From Octopus vulgaris (lineage: Eukaryota): a stretch of DNA of 64,000 nucleotides. Below the pieces are notes generated by a model. That model saw only the letters and a program-made list of their open reading frames with translations, was not told where the DNA came from and searched no databases. Positions within the stretch are counted from its first letter, which is position 1, and each line of letters starts with the position of its first letter. The DNA lies in the NCBI GenBank assembly GCA_951406725.2, contig OX597814.1, positions 177,196,001 to 177,260,000 on the forward strand. Reading direction: 5' to 3'. Below, piece by piece: positions 41,391 to 54,834 of the stretch. A program made the translations under genes and the position numbers.

Positions 41391-42632
41391 TAATAATACA
41401 TATCGTCCTCGAAATAGCTTGTGCCCGCGCCCTCCACCATCAACCACGCCTCCCTCAGAACGTAGTCAAGTTCCGAGTTCGCGTCGCCCGGGACCAAGTT
41501 ATAGTCTTCATTGAGCTCCTTTAGCCCTAGCGTCACGTCGAACGCCACGGCCTCCACAGGTACCTGCGGAGGCCATTCGGGGTCCTGTGTGAAGGCTAAA
41601 GGTGCTCCCTTGTAGTGCTCTTCCATCACTTTTTCAATTTCTCCTCCTCTATAGAAGAGGACCAATACATTCAGTTCTTTCGTTGGCGGCACAGTTTCCG
41701 CCAACGGTATTCCTTCTCTTGTCGGTGGCACAACCCCAACCGACGTAGTTCCGCGACATTCCGGTGCCACACTGACAGCCGGCAACGTCCCGTTTTTCTT
41801 CCTCTTTTTCTTTTTTTTCCCTTTTCAACTGAGGGAGGGTGCGTCTCCTCCGTGGCTGGAAGATTCGCCCTCCTCTCCTCATCCCTATTATCCTTTGGTG
41901 AGCACCCATTGTTGCTCACCTTCCTCTTTCGGCCTCTGCTTGAGGAGTCCTCTGCTTTCTCGGCCGTTATCGTTCCCTCTTCTAGAGGGGTTTTACTTAA
42001 CTGTTCCGGGATCCTATTTTGTTCCCGAGGACAGTTCTTCTTTATGTGGCCGGACTCCAAGCACCGATGACACTTAGGGGGGCGACCCTCAAGCATCACC
42101 GGGTACCTGCACCCGGCCATTTTCAAAAAATCTGGAAAAACCAGATTGGCTGATTGGGTCCACAGGGTCAAAACTGCTTTCGAGCCAACCCAAGCAGCCG
42201 CAGGAAGAACTTTTACATTGAGGAGCTTAGTTTCGCTGTCACCCAGACCCCGGCGGATAGTCTCCTCTATCCACTCGGGTTCTATGTCGGGTGGCAGTCC
42301 GCAGATCCAAGCTTTCATCAATTTCTTTTTTTGTAAGTGGGCAGGAATAAGATTTCCTTACCCTCCAAGGGTTCGCTAGCAAATTTGCAAGCCTCTTCAG
42401 GGGTGTCAAACAGCAACCACACCGTTCCATATTTGACACCCCTGGAAATGAATTTAATTGTTGGCAAATACTCCTCCAACTCCTCCTCAATTGCCGTCTT
42501 TTCGAATAGGGCGATGGTGTCAAGTGCCTTGGAGTAGGTTCTCAACACCACCGTCCTATCTTCACGGTCCTTCAACCACTTTTTGGGTGGTATGATTTCC
42601 CACTCCAAAACTTTGTTATTTTTCATTGCCAT
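41390..42632 (-). CDS. Tx1/L1-type ORF1p (RRM-like region plus CCHC zinc knuckle), two single-base frameshifts in A-runs
   Basis: ORFs 42318-42632, 41671-42321 and 41390-41785 join into ~414 aa if one A is added in each of two poly-A runs; contains GLPPDI and GRPPKCHRCLESGHIKKNCP. Confidence 0.75.
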
Positions 42633-43568
42633 GTTTTTTAAAAAATATATTCAAATTAGACTCAAAAGCAGGAAGAAAAAAGTTCAAAAGTCTAAATAAA
42701 TTTGATAGATTTTTGAAAAAACAAAAAGGAGAAAGCACAACAGAAGGGAAGAAATTAACGGAAAGTCGCAATAAAGAAAAAACAAAAGGGGGGGGTAAAT
42801 GAAGTTCAAAAGAAAGTTAATAAACAGAAAAAACACAGCAAAAATATTCTGGCCTTGCGGTACTCCCGGCCTGGGTTGAACCTGGAACACCGCAACTGCA
42901 ACACAACCTCCACAAAAAGGTCCGAAAGGTAATCCAATAGTGGCTTATTTTTATACTTTTCTTGCGAAGTACTCTGACAAGGGAATAAATTCAACAAATC
43001 CAAACACAGCACTGGCTACCGCCAACGGTGATTTTAACAGTAACTGTATTGAATTCTGAGGATACGCCCCTCCACTGTTTTTTCTTTTTTTTTTTTTTTT
43101 TTTCAATGAACACAAAAACGGCAGCCGCCTAGCGCAGGCGAAATTGTCTCAGAGTTGGACACAACCTACTGAAATAATAATTGGCACGCAATAAATTATG
43201 CCCAACTCACAATAAACAAAATCACTTACCTCGACAACTTTCCGTTTTTGGTCTTTTTTCTTTAGTTGGAAGGAGCTTGTTACTCACGTCCACTCTAGCT
43301 CAACAGGAAGCAACCGACTAACTGCGCATGTGTGGTTAGCAAGCTACTTACCACACAGCCACTCATGCGCCCGATGAAGATGTTGCAGCATCTGTACAAT
43401 GATGAGCATCAAAAGCTATTCAACATCTTGGTGACATTGGAAACTATTTAGTATTCTGAAAGTTTTTACTGTCAGATCTTAAACTGTTGTTGCAACCACC
43501 CTCTGTTAGGTAAGCTTTTCTATCATTCATACTATACGCTTCGTATAATATAGTGACAGCCTACACTC

Positions 43569-43600
<32 letters not shown>

Positions 43601-43604
<4 letters not shown>

Positions 43605-43840
43605 ATAAGAAAAGGGAGAAATACATCTAAATCAAATATCAATTACCAGATAATACTCAATCACATACTTTATTAAACCACGACATAAGAGAATGTAGGG
43701 TTATATAATACAATAAATGAATTGATTGCATCGCAATCATTAACATTTATGTATTAACTTTGTTGGGTACTTCACTAGCAGTATTTTGGATATATGTTAT
43801 CCCATGGAGGGTTGCATTTACAACCCCTATCTCAATTTGT
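43601..43840. repeat. (TA)n-embedded dispersed repeat; longer version of the 58107-58328 arms
   Basis: Shares gaaatacatctaaatcaaatatcaattaccagataatactcaatcacatactttatt and acaacccctatctcaatttg with 58107-58203. Confidence 0.85.
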
Positions 43841-46800
43841 ATATATATATATATGAGAGTGTAGGCAGAAATAGGCTTCTCAATTTGTTTTGCAGACATT
43901 TACCCGATAGTTTGCAACTATCTGATCAGTGTATGAGGACTTATAAATGTTATGAGAACTGCCTATCCTCTTTTGATTAAATTATATAAACAAGAAAAAA
44001 AAAACTAGAAATTGTTGGAAGTAGTTAGGTCATTGAGCTTCACAAAATATAACTGCAATGCAAAAATACTTTATATTGGTAAGGACAGATTATTGAACCA
44101 AGAGCTTTTATTGAAAGCAATATGGCACATATAAATTGACAAGTTGGTGCCATATGCAATTCAATACATTTTTACCGTTGATTAACAAACCTCATGGAAC
44201 AGATCATGAACTCCTGAAGGCAGAATATTTATTTTAAAACGTTTAGTATTAATTTCTTCCACTGGTACAAGGACACCAGTTTATAAGAAAGGATATAGTC
44301 TATTGAATCGATGTTAACAGATTCTTGGCACTAATTATGTCTGGGAGACATTCCGTTTGACACTTTATGGTCTTTATATTTTACCAGTCTTGCTCTATGT
44401 CCTGTTAAATTGTTAAAGGAAGCGGAGTTGCGAAAACTGCAAGAAATCAATAATATGTCTTAGTACTTAACTTTATTGCTGTATGTTCAATACCTGTATG
44501 TTATAAAATAAATAAAAACAAGTACCAAGCATATCCAGAGTCTGATGCATTCCACTACATAGTCCAATACAAAATTTACGCCATGTTCCAATGGAAGATT
44601 GATTGTCAAATAATTAAAACATTTCAGTGGTTTCAAATCTGTTTTATTTAAAAGCTATACAAATGATACATTTATTTGGAAAAAGATTAACAAAAAAACA
44701 CAAAACAATCCTTTTTTAATGAAGATAACATTCAGCTTCATTTCAACGATGTTGCAATCCAGTGGCTACACTATAGAGGAGAAATAAGTTCCTGGCGAAC
44801 CGTGACAACAACATGGTTTTGATTCCCATATCTAGCATTTCTCTTCACTTAATTTAATTCTGATCCAGAAGAAGGGCATGAAACAACTCAAGATTTCTAA
44901 TCCTCTTTAAATCTGAACTCTCATGTAAGCCTCTGTCTATCACCAACGACTATAGATTTCTGTTCTTGAGGGATTTTCAAGGTGCAGAACCCTTGGGTAC
45001 TGTATGTGTGTGGGTGTGAATTCTAGAGTGTCTAAGAATCAGAGTTCCTATCTCGATATCACTAATGTCGACCAAGGGTCGATCTAACGAATAAACAAAG
45101 TTATAATCCGTTAATTATTCCAATTCTATCAATAAATATGCATCTCTAGCGTTTTTCATTTACATTCAACTGTAATAATTTGACAAGAAACATATCAAGA
45201 CAATTATCAGAGGGAAATATACCAAACTCTTTTGACTTAGAAATATTTCTTAGTCCGAATGCATTATTAATATAAACGAGTAGGAATCAAAACCAGGCAA
45301 GGGCACAATTAGCCGAAAACTTAACCCAGCAATACGGTGTCTGTGATCCAAACAACAGCAAAATAACATATTGTTTGCAGTGATGGTTGTTAAGGGGGTA
45401 ATGAGGATATTTAATTACTATAAGATGAAATAGTGCTCGGTGTACAATTAGATGGTGTTCCTTAACAAGAAATCTTCCAAGTTATATAGTGTAATGCTTT
45501 ATTGAAACTGAGCAACGTGACCGTTGAGAAACCCATTTCAGATATAAGCAGGCCTCTATAATAAGCAATTTTAGAGAACTAAGGCTTCCATAAGTTTGTA
45601 GAATGTATTAAGCATCCCCACCACTTACCTTGAGATATTTTCAATATCCCTCAAATATCAAGGGACAAGTTAGTCATCAGCCAACTAATCAATGAAATAA
45701 ATTTTTAGTACGACATACTGGTTGGCATCAAATCATCAAATTAATAGATGATCTAGTCATTTCTTTATTACCAGATGGAGGTTGGTGACGATTAAAAGTA
45801 TTGATTCTACGATAACATATGGGGAAGCTATATGGAAAGGGAGAAAAGAAAGAGTGAGAGAAAGAGTTAAGAAGCCATAGAACTCACTCTTTTTATTAAT
45901 TTGAGAAATGACTGAATATATATATATATATAAAAAAGCTTCTCATTTGGAATGCGGCTGTTTATTTGGATACATAATATATTTTATTTTGATTTTATCA
46001 TGTATTGGCTATATATATAATCGTGAAAAAGTGTATATTTGTAGTTTTATGCCTTCAGCTTATAATAATTTTTTTCTTGCAAGTCATTTTAGATCGTTTT
46101 ATATTTGCTAAAAAATTAATTCAACACATTTTAATGTAAAAAAGTATCAAAATAAGGAAATCACCTTTTCCAATTTTTAAAAAATCTTCGCTATTCTACA
46201 CTATATAGAATTCAAATAGGAAAAATGAAGAAAAGGAAAGGAAACTTATTTTTGTCCCTAATAAGTAAATTTCTGGATCTCTTCATTACCAAGATTGTTC
46301 GAGGAAAAGTTCAAATTCGGAAAGAAAAAGAATTCTCTTATATGTATTTACAAAGTTGAAAAGAACACTTAAGCTTTGGGTATGATGCTATGTACAGAAT
46401 GGCTTGTTGGCTTTCTATTCAGTTACTTCGGTGACAGTTTGTCTCTTTTTATATAATCCATTCTGTATAATATTTTCCGTTTACTCTTTGATTGTCATGT
46501 AGCAAAGCCAACGGATTTCAGGTACACAGTCTCACCGGCAAAAAAAGAAAGAAAAAGAAAACAAAATAGCAAACAAAAACAAGAATATAAAGAATATCAA
46601 AAGCAAAACGGCATTTCTTTAGTTTTCTATTTGTAACTTTCTATTTCTAACAGAGGATAATATTTTGAAAGTTTTAAAATCCTTTCATCTCGCAGAAATC
46701 AATTATTTTACTGACAGTAAAGTATGATAAAAATAGCTGTATTTTCTAATATCAGTTACGTTAATAAACTGCACTAGATCTTCCTAGGCAGGACAGTTAA

Positions 46801-49264
46801 CTCACAAAATACATGATTACCAGATAACCAAATGCAAGTTCACCAGAGTAAATACAAAAATGGTCTTGATTCCAAGTTTCACAGTTTCTCATCTTGCCGA
46901 TTCACCATTGGTTCATAGGAATGCGTTGCTATAAGATCTGTTGCGTATAAGTGACTATTATAAGGTGATGCAATTAGTAAAAAATAATATCCCAGTAGAG
47001 TAGGAAATGGAATGAAATGTGTCTATCACCGTGTATTACTACCAGTTTCTGCTAATAAAAGCAATTCATCATTCCATTTAAAGAGTGTCTTTTTTTTTAT
47101 TTAGTTTTGAGACATTATCTTTCATCACCACCTTTTTGTTTGTTGTTTTTTTTTTATATCTTTTAACATATAAAAAACATGCAAGAGAAAAAAAATTTTA
47201 TTAGTCTGAAAATGTTGATTCAATTTTTTAAATAATAATATCATAAATATATTTATTGTTAGTGATGTGTTTTTATCAAGTCTTTTATGTCTTCTCTCTC
47301 GTCAGTGTTTAGTGACAGCTATTAGAAGGTTAAATTGATGTTAAATTATAGCCAATTGACACTGAAAACATTGTTTCCACCAGATCGTATAGTTTTTTTG
47401 CTCTGTCAAGCGGAACTTTTGTTCAGACAGTGAATCATTTTGGAAAGCTATTTGAGTTGCTGATTAGTGATCGGTTGGCACTCAAATTCGGCAATAATCT
47501 TCCAAAAAGATTGGCTCTTGTGTATAATTTGTTTCAAAGGGAAGCATGTGAGTTTATAACTCTACTGAGACTCATTTTACAGCAGTTTCTTTTTATCGTG
47601 CAATTAACACAAATGTTGTGGTATTCCAAGTCAAGCCCTTTTCAGATGTGACCAGATATAAAACATTTTAGTTTAAAACTTTTTTTTTGCCACTCTTCAC
47701 TGTGTTTCGTAGTTCGACACGGGCTATTGAACTGCTCCGTAAAAATAACAAAACAAAAACAAATAATAAATAGAAAATCAATTAGGAAAAGTTTCCAAGC
47801 CGTATACTGTAATTGGGAGAGTTCGAACAAGCTTGGTTTGACGGAAGTTAGTTCAATTTTATCACATTTTAATAAGAAATTTCATTTCAAATGTTTCCCT
47901 TTGTTAAGCCGCTGTTATTCATCGAAATCTGAGGTGACACATACACATACATGCGCGTGTGTACGTGTGTGTGTATGTATGTATGTATGTGTGTATGTGT
48001 GTGTGTATTGTTGATTACAATGTATAGTTTCCAATTCAAAGTCTTGAATTAGAAATTACAAGGATGAACGGAAATGAATTTCTTTTTAGATTTTTATCAG
48101 CATTTTTTTTTCATACTTTAAAAAGAAATTAGGTAAAGAATTAATAACATAAAAAGCGGAAAAGAACATAAAGTCTAACATACGGAGAAAAGCAAATGGT
48201 TTTAACATAAAATATTCACAAGGAACGTAAGTGCAAATTTTTGTCTTTGGAAGATTTTCTACGCTTTTTTTTTCAACGTTTTTAGAGGGTGGGTGGTTGG
48301 GGAAAAGAATTTGAATAACAATAAACTCCAGGTCAAGCAAAAAGTAAATAAAGGCACATTGTGATAGTTGTGAGAAGATTAAAGCTCAGTTTATTATTGT
48401 CTCTTTTGGACAGAATCGTACTCATGAAATAAACTTAACCCCCAAATCCAGAAGTATTCATTCTCAAATATCCCATTCAGCAAATGGTTTCAAATCCATT
48501 CGAACTATGAACAGGAATAGAATGAATTGTTCTGCTTCTACTGGGTACGTTTTGGTTTTGTTTTGAGAGAGGATGTTTATTAAAAAGAGAGAGCAGAAAG
48601 TTAGTGTTGTAAATTACTTCTTCGTGTTGTTAGTCCTTTTTTTTTGTTTTTAAATATATTTTTTTCCTTTTTCATTTTCTTTTCTTTTTCTTTTATTACA
48701 CGGCTTGGTAATTAAAGGTGAAGTGAGAGTGGTCTATGTAGTGTTGTGAGAAATAAGAAAACAAATTGTTTTGATATAGTTTAAAAATCTAAGATTCTAA
48801 TATCGATAAGGAGAGAGGTGTGATGTATATGTATTTTTGAATGTAAGTCAATACGCGTGCAACAGCCAGTACTATCCCCGAAAAGGGAAATAAACGATAA
48901 AGTTGTTACAATATATACCTTGATGTATAACAACAATGATATCAATAACAATAACAATTATGATGATATTAATAACAATAATGATGGCAGTAGTAGCAAC
49001 TATAACAGGAATATCAGCAGTAGCATTTGTAATAGATATAATAATAATCGTAATCATAATAATGATAATGTATTTCTCTAATATAGATACAAAGCCAGCA
49101 ATTTTTGCGGAAGATGAAGTTAGTCAATTACATCAACCCGGTATTTGCTGGTAATTTTATTTTATCGACCCTCGAGGGATGAAAAGCGAAAGATTTGAAC
49201 TGTTACTATATGCCATTAGGCATGCTGTCCAATGCTGTAAAGATCCTGCTAATCTATCACTCTA

Positions 49265-49320
<56 letters not shown>

Positions 49321-49507
49321 TAATAATAATAATAATAATACTTTCTGATCATAAAAAATATTGAATTTTAGTGGACAGAAACTGGAAGGCGTAGTGTTTA
49401 GTTTATTCCTTTACCAAGGTCATTAATAATGAAAATGAAGGAAGTAGTTCTAGAGGAAAGTAATATCCATCTACGGAATTTCCTTACTGAGAGCTACAGT
49501 ATCCAGT

Positions 49508-49565
<58 letters not shown>

Positions 49566-49573
49566 TAATAATG

Positions 49574-49640
<67 letters not shown>

Positions 49641-51355
49641 TTTCTTTTTATGGCGAAAGAGATAGTTGAAGAAACAGACTCCTAGTATATCACGGGTACT
49701 TGAGGAATTCAAAGCGCTCTAACGTTTCTGTTAATGCACCAACTTGTTACAGGTCTTATGTTGTCTGATGGAAATACGATCTATTAGCACATCAGTCATC
49801 ATTCTTCAGTCTTTATTGATATGAAATGTTTACACAAATCTTCTGGCTAACTATAAGTTATTGGCGTAGGAGTAGAAATTATTTCAACATTGTGGAGCCT
49901 AGAGGTGAAAACCATTCAAAGCATTCAAATCGGCCATAATCGATTAAGTTTATAATGAAATGTTTAAGAAATATGGAAATCCCGTCTTTGTACATATCCA
50001 ATATGTCCACCACTTTATAATATAATAGTGTATGATAGAAAGTGAAGATTTGGTATATTTAGAAAGTTGAGCGACAACATATGCCGCTTCAGAGAGGTGA
50101 AGTTAAATACAAAATTCATGTAATTAAGTCATTTTAATCACTCAGTAAAACTCACTCAAAAAACTAATTTTCTGAGTGAGTTTTACTAATTTTCACTCAG
50201 AAAACTAAATTTGTACAATATTTAATACGACGCTCTACAATTCCTGCTACATCACCGCCTTCCTCCAACATGAAAACAAAAATACAAGCAGGAAAGCAAC
50301 AACAAAAGCTGCAACAAATGGGAAGATATTTCCATTCTGGTAATCGGGGTGTTATATCTTTTATGCTTCAGACTATGGAGACATTTTCAACTCTTCTATC
50401 TTTTAGGCTCAGACATATTGTGATAGCAAGGTGGTTTTGATTTTATCTCTGGATTTGAAAGTGTATATATGCTAGTTAAATCTGCTTTTAAATATATGTT
50501 GTGTAAGTGCAGTATATTTTCTTCTTGACAACATCATTTAATTTTATAGTAGCTTGGCATGTCACTACCTAATGACGGTGTGACTCATGTAGTAGGTAGT
50601 TCTAAGCTGATCTGTAATTTTAAGTTGGTGTTGGGATGGCAACTAGAAGGTTGGGCATTAGCTGTGTTACGAAATATACAGGGCAATACTGTTTAGCTGC
50701 CATAGCTGGTTTTGATATTGTTTCCATTGAAATGTGTATGGAATTTATGTGTCTGGAAAATGCTTACGCCAAGAAGGTTCTGTCTATGTGGTTTACATTC
50801 TTACCAGGTACTGAATTGAACTATCTAGTATTCTCATTCTGAACTTGCTATTTTACAAGGGGATATTCTGTTATATACGAACTGTTTAAATACTCACAGT
50901 AAATATCAAGAATTTATCCTGGATTTCCAACAACGCCAATACAGTGCATCGAAGCACACTATAAGACTTTTAATGATTAAAAGAGGGAAAGCCAGTAATA
51001 ATTCTATCCACTGCATTTACTTAAAAAAAAAATTAAATAAAAATGAAAAAAAATAGGCTGAATGAACAGCTCGCTCGGGAAACTATGATGTGAATTATCG
51101 ACTTAGCAAAAATAATTAAACTGTACTACATGTATTTGGCACACGTTCTTTCTTTCGTATTTGCAAAGACACACGTATACACACGCAGTTGCATATATAC
51201 ATATATGTGTGAGTGACTGTGTGAGCGTATATGTATGTAAGTCTGTATGTGAACATGTATGTTATGTTTGAATGTATGTATGTATGCGTTCATATTTATA
51301 TAGTTGAAATTTACAGAAAAACAAAAGAAAGACAAAGACAGGTGTATAAACAACA

Positions 51356-51675
51356 AGTAAGTCACTGCAGGAGTGGCGAATACAGAGTCTCGAGTGGAGC
51401 TTTTTGAAGAACAAACCGTTCAACTTTCACATAATTCAAGTATAATCTTTTGCAAAATTTATGCAATTTGAATTACGTATTTCCGTATTTAAGCCTACCA
51501 AGCATCATACTAACATCACCCAAAACAACTGGAGTTGCATACATGCACCGCTGTATTCCACACTTCACTGTAAACTATCACTCAGTCTACTAACGCCGAG
51601 TACTATTCTCACTCACTTAATTTCCTCGACTCGACTATCAAACCTGTGTATTCGCCACTCCTGCAGTGTCTTACT
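51356..51675. mobile_element. MITE-like element with ~29-bp TIRs
   Basis: AGTAAGTCACTGCAGGAGTGGCGAATACA versus TGTATTCGCCACTCCTGCAGTGTCTTACT (1 mismatch); no TSD evident. Confidence 0.7.
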
Positions 51676-52480
51676 CCACTAAAGAGAAGAAAAGAAAAAA
51701 ACAGACAGAGAGAAAGAAAAAACTCGAGCTCTAAGTATTCTGCTTATGCTTTATATTTATGAAGTCATTCCCCTTCTTTGCTTGCATTTCATTTTTGTTT
51801 CAATTTACCCATGTTCAAGCCGATCCTCATTTGTATCGAACATCAACTTACCAATCGGTGGGATGGGTGTGTGGTAACCCACAAACAACACCATAGATAC
51901 AGGTCCTACTTTCACTTTCCCTCTTTCTCTTCCTCTGGTTAAATTATAATATTAACAAAAAGTATAAGCTGTGCTAGTACCTTTGAATCGAAATTTTCCT
52001 TTCAATTTTTTTTTAAATAACACCATAGGGCTTGACACAACTAGCAACAGACGTTAGTTGAAGACAATCAATAATTACACGTTTTAATCGATTATGTTAA
52101 TGGATACTTAGTTTAAAACTACGCACGAAACGCAGTTTTAAACTAATGTATTCATTCTTTGATTAGATTGAAACATTAACAAAAAACATAGAGGTGATGG
52201 CGGAGGAGTGTGTACTGTTCATCTTCAATGGAATTTGTTGCTGTCAGAAATAATCAGGAGTAACCCCTGCAGTAACTGGTCAATATAGAAAATAAATAGA
52301 AAATAAGAAAAGATTTAAACAAGGACTAAAAGGATGATAAATGATTATATAGAGGACACATCGATAAATAGACTCCATATCTAAATACATATATATATAT
52401 ACAGTCATGCATACATACATAATACATATATATACATACGCACACACATATATACATATAATATATAATATATACATATA

Positions 52481-52529
<49 letters not shown>

Positions 52530-52594
52530 ATATACAGCCCATGTAGTCATGTTGACATATACATACATGTATATATAAGATATGTGTATGTATA

Positions 52595-52677
<83 letters not shown>

Positions 52678-53000
52678 AAATAGACGTATATGTGTGTGTA
52701 TATATATATATATATATGTTAATATATCTATCTATCTATTCATTTGTCTGTCTGTCTGTCTATCTATATGTTTGTATATTAATTAGAAAAAGTACCTGAG
52801 AGAGTACAGTGAAATTACTTTGATGAGTGGAATATCCAGCGTTTCGGGCAAAGCCTTTCTTCCCGGTAAAAATGGAAGAAGGGATATAACGAAATACAGC
52901 AGACCGCCACTATTCTCCTTGAATTCATATGAAATATATATTGTTATGTATGCGGTCAACTAATGCACTCATTCCTAATGACAAAATACGTAGACATATA

Positions 53001-53418
53001 GGCGCAGGAGTGGCTGTGTGGTAAGTAGCTTGCTAACCAACCACATGGTTCCGGGTTCAGTCCCACTGCGTGGCATCTTGGGCAAGTGTCTTCTGCTATA
53101 GCCCCGGGCCAACCAATGCCTTGTGAGTGGATTTGGTAGACGGAAACTGATCGAAGCCTGTCGTATATATGTATATATATATGTATGTGTGTGTATGTGT
53201 TTGTGTGTCTGTGTTTATCCCCTCCAACATCGCTTGACAACCGATGCTGGTGTGTTTACGTCCCCGTCACTTAGCGGTTCGGCAAAAGAGACCGATAGAA
53301 TAAGTATTGGGCTTACAAAGAATAAGTCCCGGGGTCGATTTGCTCGACTAAAGGCGGTTCTCCAGCATGGCCGCAGTCAAATGACTGAAACAAGTAAAAG
53401 AGTAAAAGAGTAAGAGTA
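53001..53418 (+). mobile_element. SINE family A, full length (tRNA head, internal microsatellite, AAGAGTA-type tail)
   Basis: Box A TGGCTGTGTGG, box B GGTTCAGTCCC; at least 8 related copies in the window; resembles known octopus tRNA-derived SINEs (family not assigned). Confidence 0.9.
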
Positions 53419-53478
53419 TGATGCAACCACAGAGAAGCCCACCACAATCTTACATCTATATATTTACTGTATCTATTT

Positions 53479-53695
53479 GTCTTTCAATAATACAAATGAG
53501 ATTTTCTGATTAATTGACGCCATCTTAAATTGAAATTATTTATTTAAAAACGTATAACTTTATAAAACTCTAATCGAACGGTATGTTTGATGAAACGTGT
53601 CATTAATCTAAATTTTGTGACATTTTTAATAGTGATTTTCACAAATAATTATTTGTGAAAAACTTATTAATGTATTTCCGAGAAATACAGAAGAG
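53479..53695 (+). repeat. ~200-bp dispersed repeat, second copy at 56400-56591
   Basis: Both begin tctttcaataa.acaaatgagattttctgattaa.tgacgccatcttaaattg.aattatt and end cgagaaata.agaaga. Confidence 0.85.
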
Positions 53696-54022
53696 ATTTT
53701 TACACATTAAAATTTAGAAGATGTATGATATTGTGATTCGTTATACTTAGTTTTCAAGAGAACGGCAATATTTATCGCTATGATAGAGACGTCTGGAAGT
53801 TAGACAGAAAGGAGAAGAGAGAAAGAGAGAAAGACAGAGAGGAACAGAGAGTCATATACACTTCGAGATGGCTAGAAGACACAACTGGGAGACGTATGTC
53901 ATAAACATTTACGGATCAGAAGCGAAAGTGATATGTTTTTCATATCTAGATATTAACAACGCAAATCATACCAACATGTCAATGTAGTTGTCAATACGAA
54001 TGATTATTTGACACTGTGTGTC

Positions 54023-54062
<40 letters not shown>

Positions 54063-54737
54063 TGTGTGTGTATGTGTATTTATATATATTCGTGTGACGG
54101 CATATGAGTGTGCGTGTGTGTGTTTATATATATATTTTCATCTTTCAATATCTATCTATCTATCTATCTGTCTATCTATCTATCTCCTCCTCCTTCTCTC
54201 TCTCTATCTATCTATTTGTGTACATCTGCATGTCCGTAACAATAGGTATCTTGAGAATGCATTGCATATGTAGATTATACATTTTCGTTGCGACTGTTCA
54301 ATGTACAATTCCTTAAATTGTTGTATTAGTTTCATCTCAACAGAATATATTATATAGTGTCAGAAGATTCTGTATTGAGATGAAACTGTTGATTCCTTGA
54401 GAGAAACTGTACTTTCGCTTCCCTTATATAAAACATACGTGTAAGCATATATATGTAGAAATTACACACAAACGGTCAGAAACACACACAAACTGGGATA
54501 AGGGTATTACGTTTGAATTGTTAATTGTACCAATTTGGAAAAGAAGACAAAACACAACATAAATTCTTGTTTTACTGAAACCATCTTCACTTCGAGCGAA
54601 TGAAAGCAAACACCTGGTGGCAACTCTGATCGAATCTGAATAAGAAAGGGAGATAATTTCGAGAGACAAGTATTAAGAATGAATATATATATATATATTA
54701 TTGGCTAAACTGGCAAAATGACCATTCCGAAATACAA

Positions 54738-54795
<58 letters not shown>

Positions 54796-54800
54796 ATTTA

Positions 54801-54834
<34 letters not shown>

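Larger units (their letters stand above)
41093..43334 (-). mobile_element. ORF1-only Tx1/L1-like non-LTR element (HAL1-like), 2.24 kb
   Basis: 15-bp TSD GTTAGCAAGCTACTT (41078-41092 and 43335-43349); ~700-bp 5' UTR; ORF1; ~300-bp 3' UTR ending near AATAAA; no ORF2. Confidence 0.82.

Noticed and set aside
41800-42335. Programmed -1 frameshifting in ORF1
   Set aside because: Both shifts lie in A homopolymers with no evident stimulatory structure; indel or sequencing error is simpler.
47451-47486. Hairpin as a possible pre-miRNA
   Set aside because: Stem too short, and no match to conserved bilaterian miRNAs that I can recall.
53001-53075. tRNA gene
   Set aside because: A and B boxes are present but run into a SINE body repeated many times; same for 27672 and ~59300-59370.
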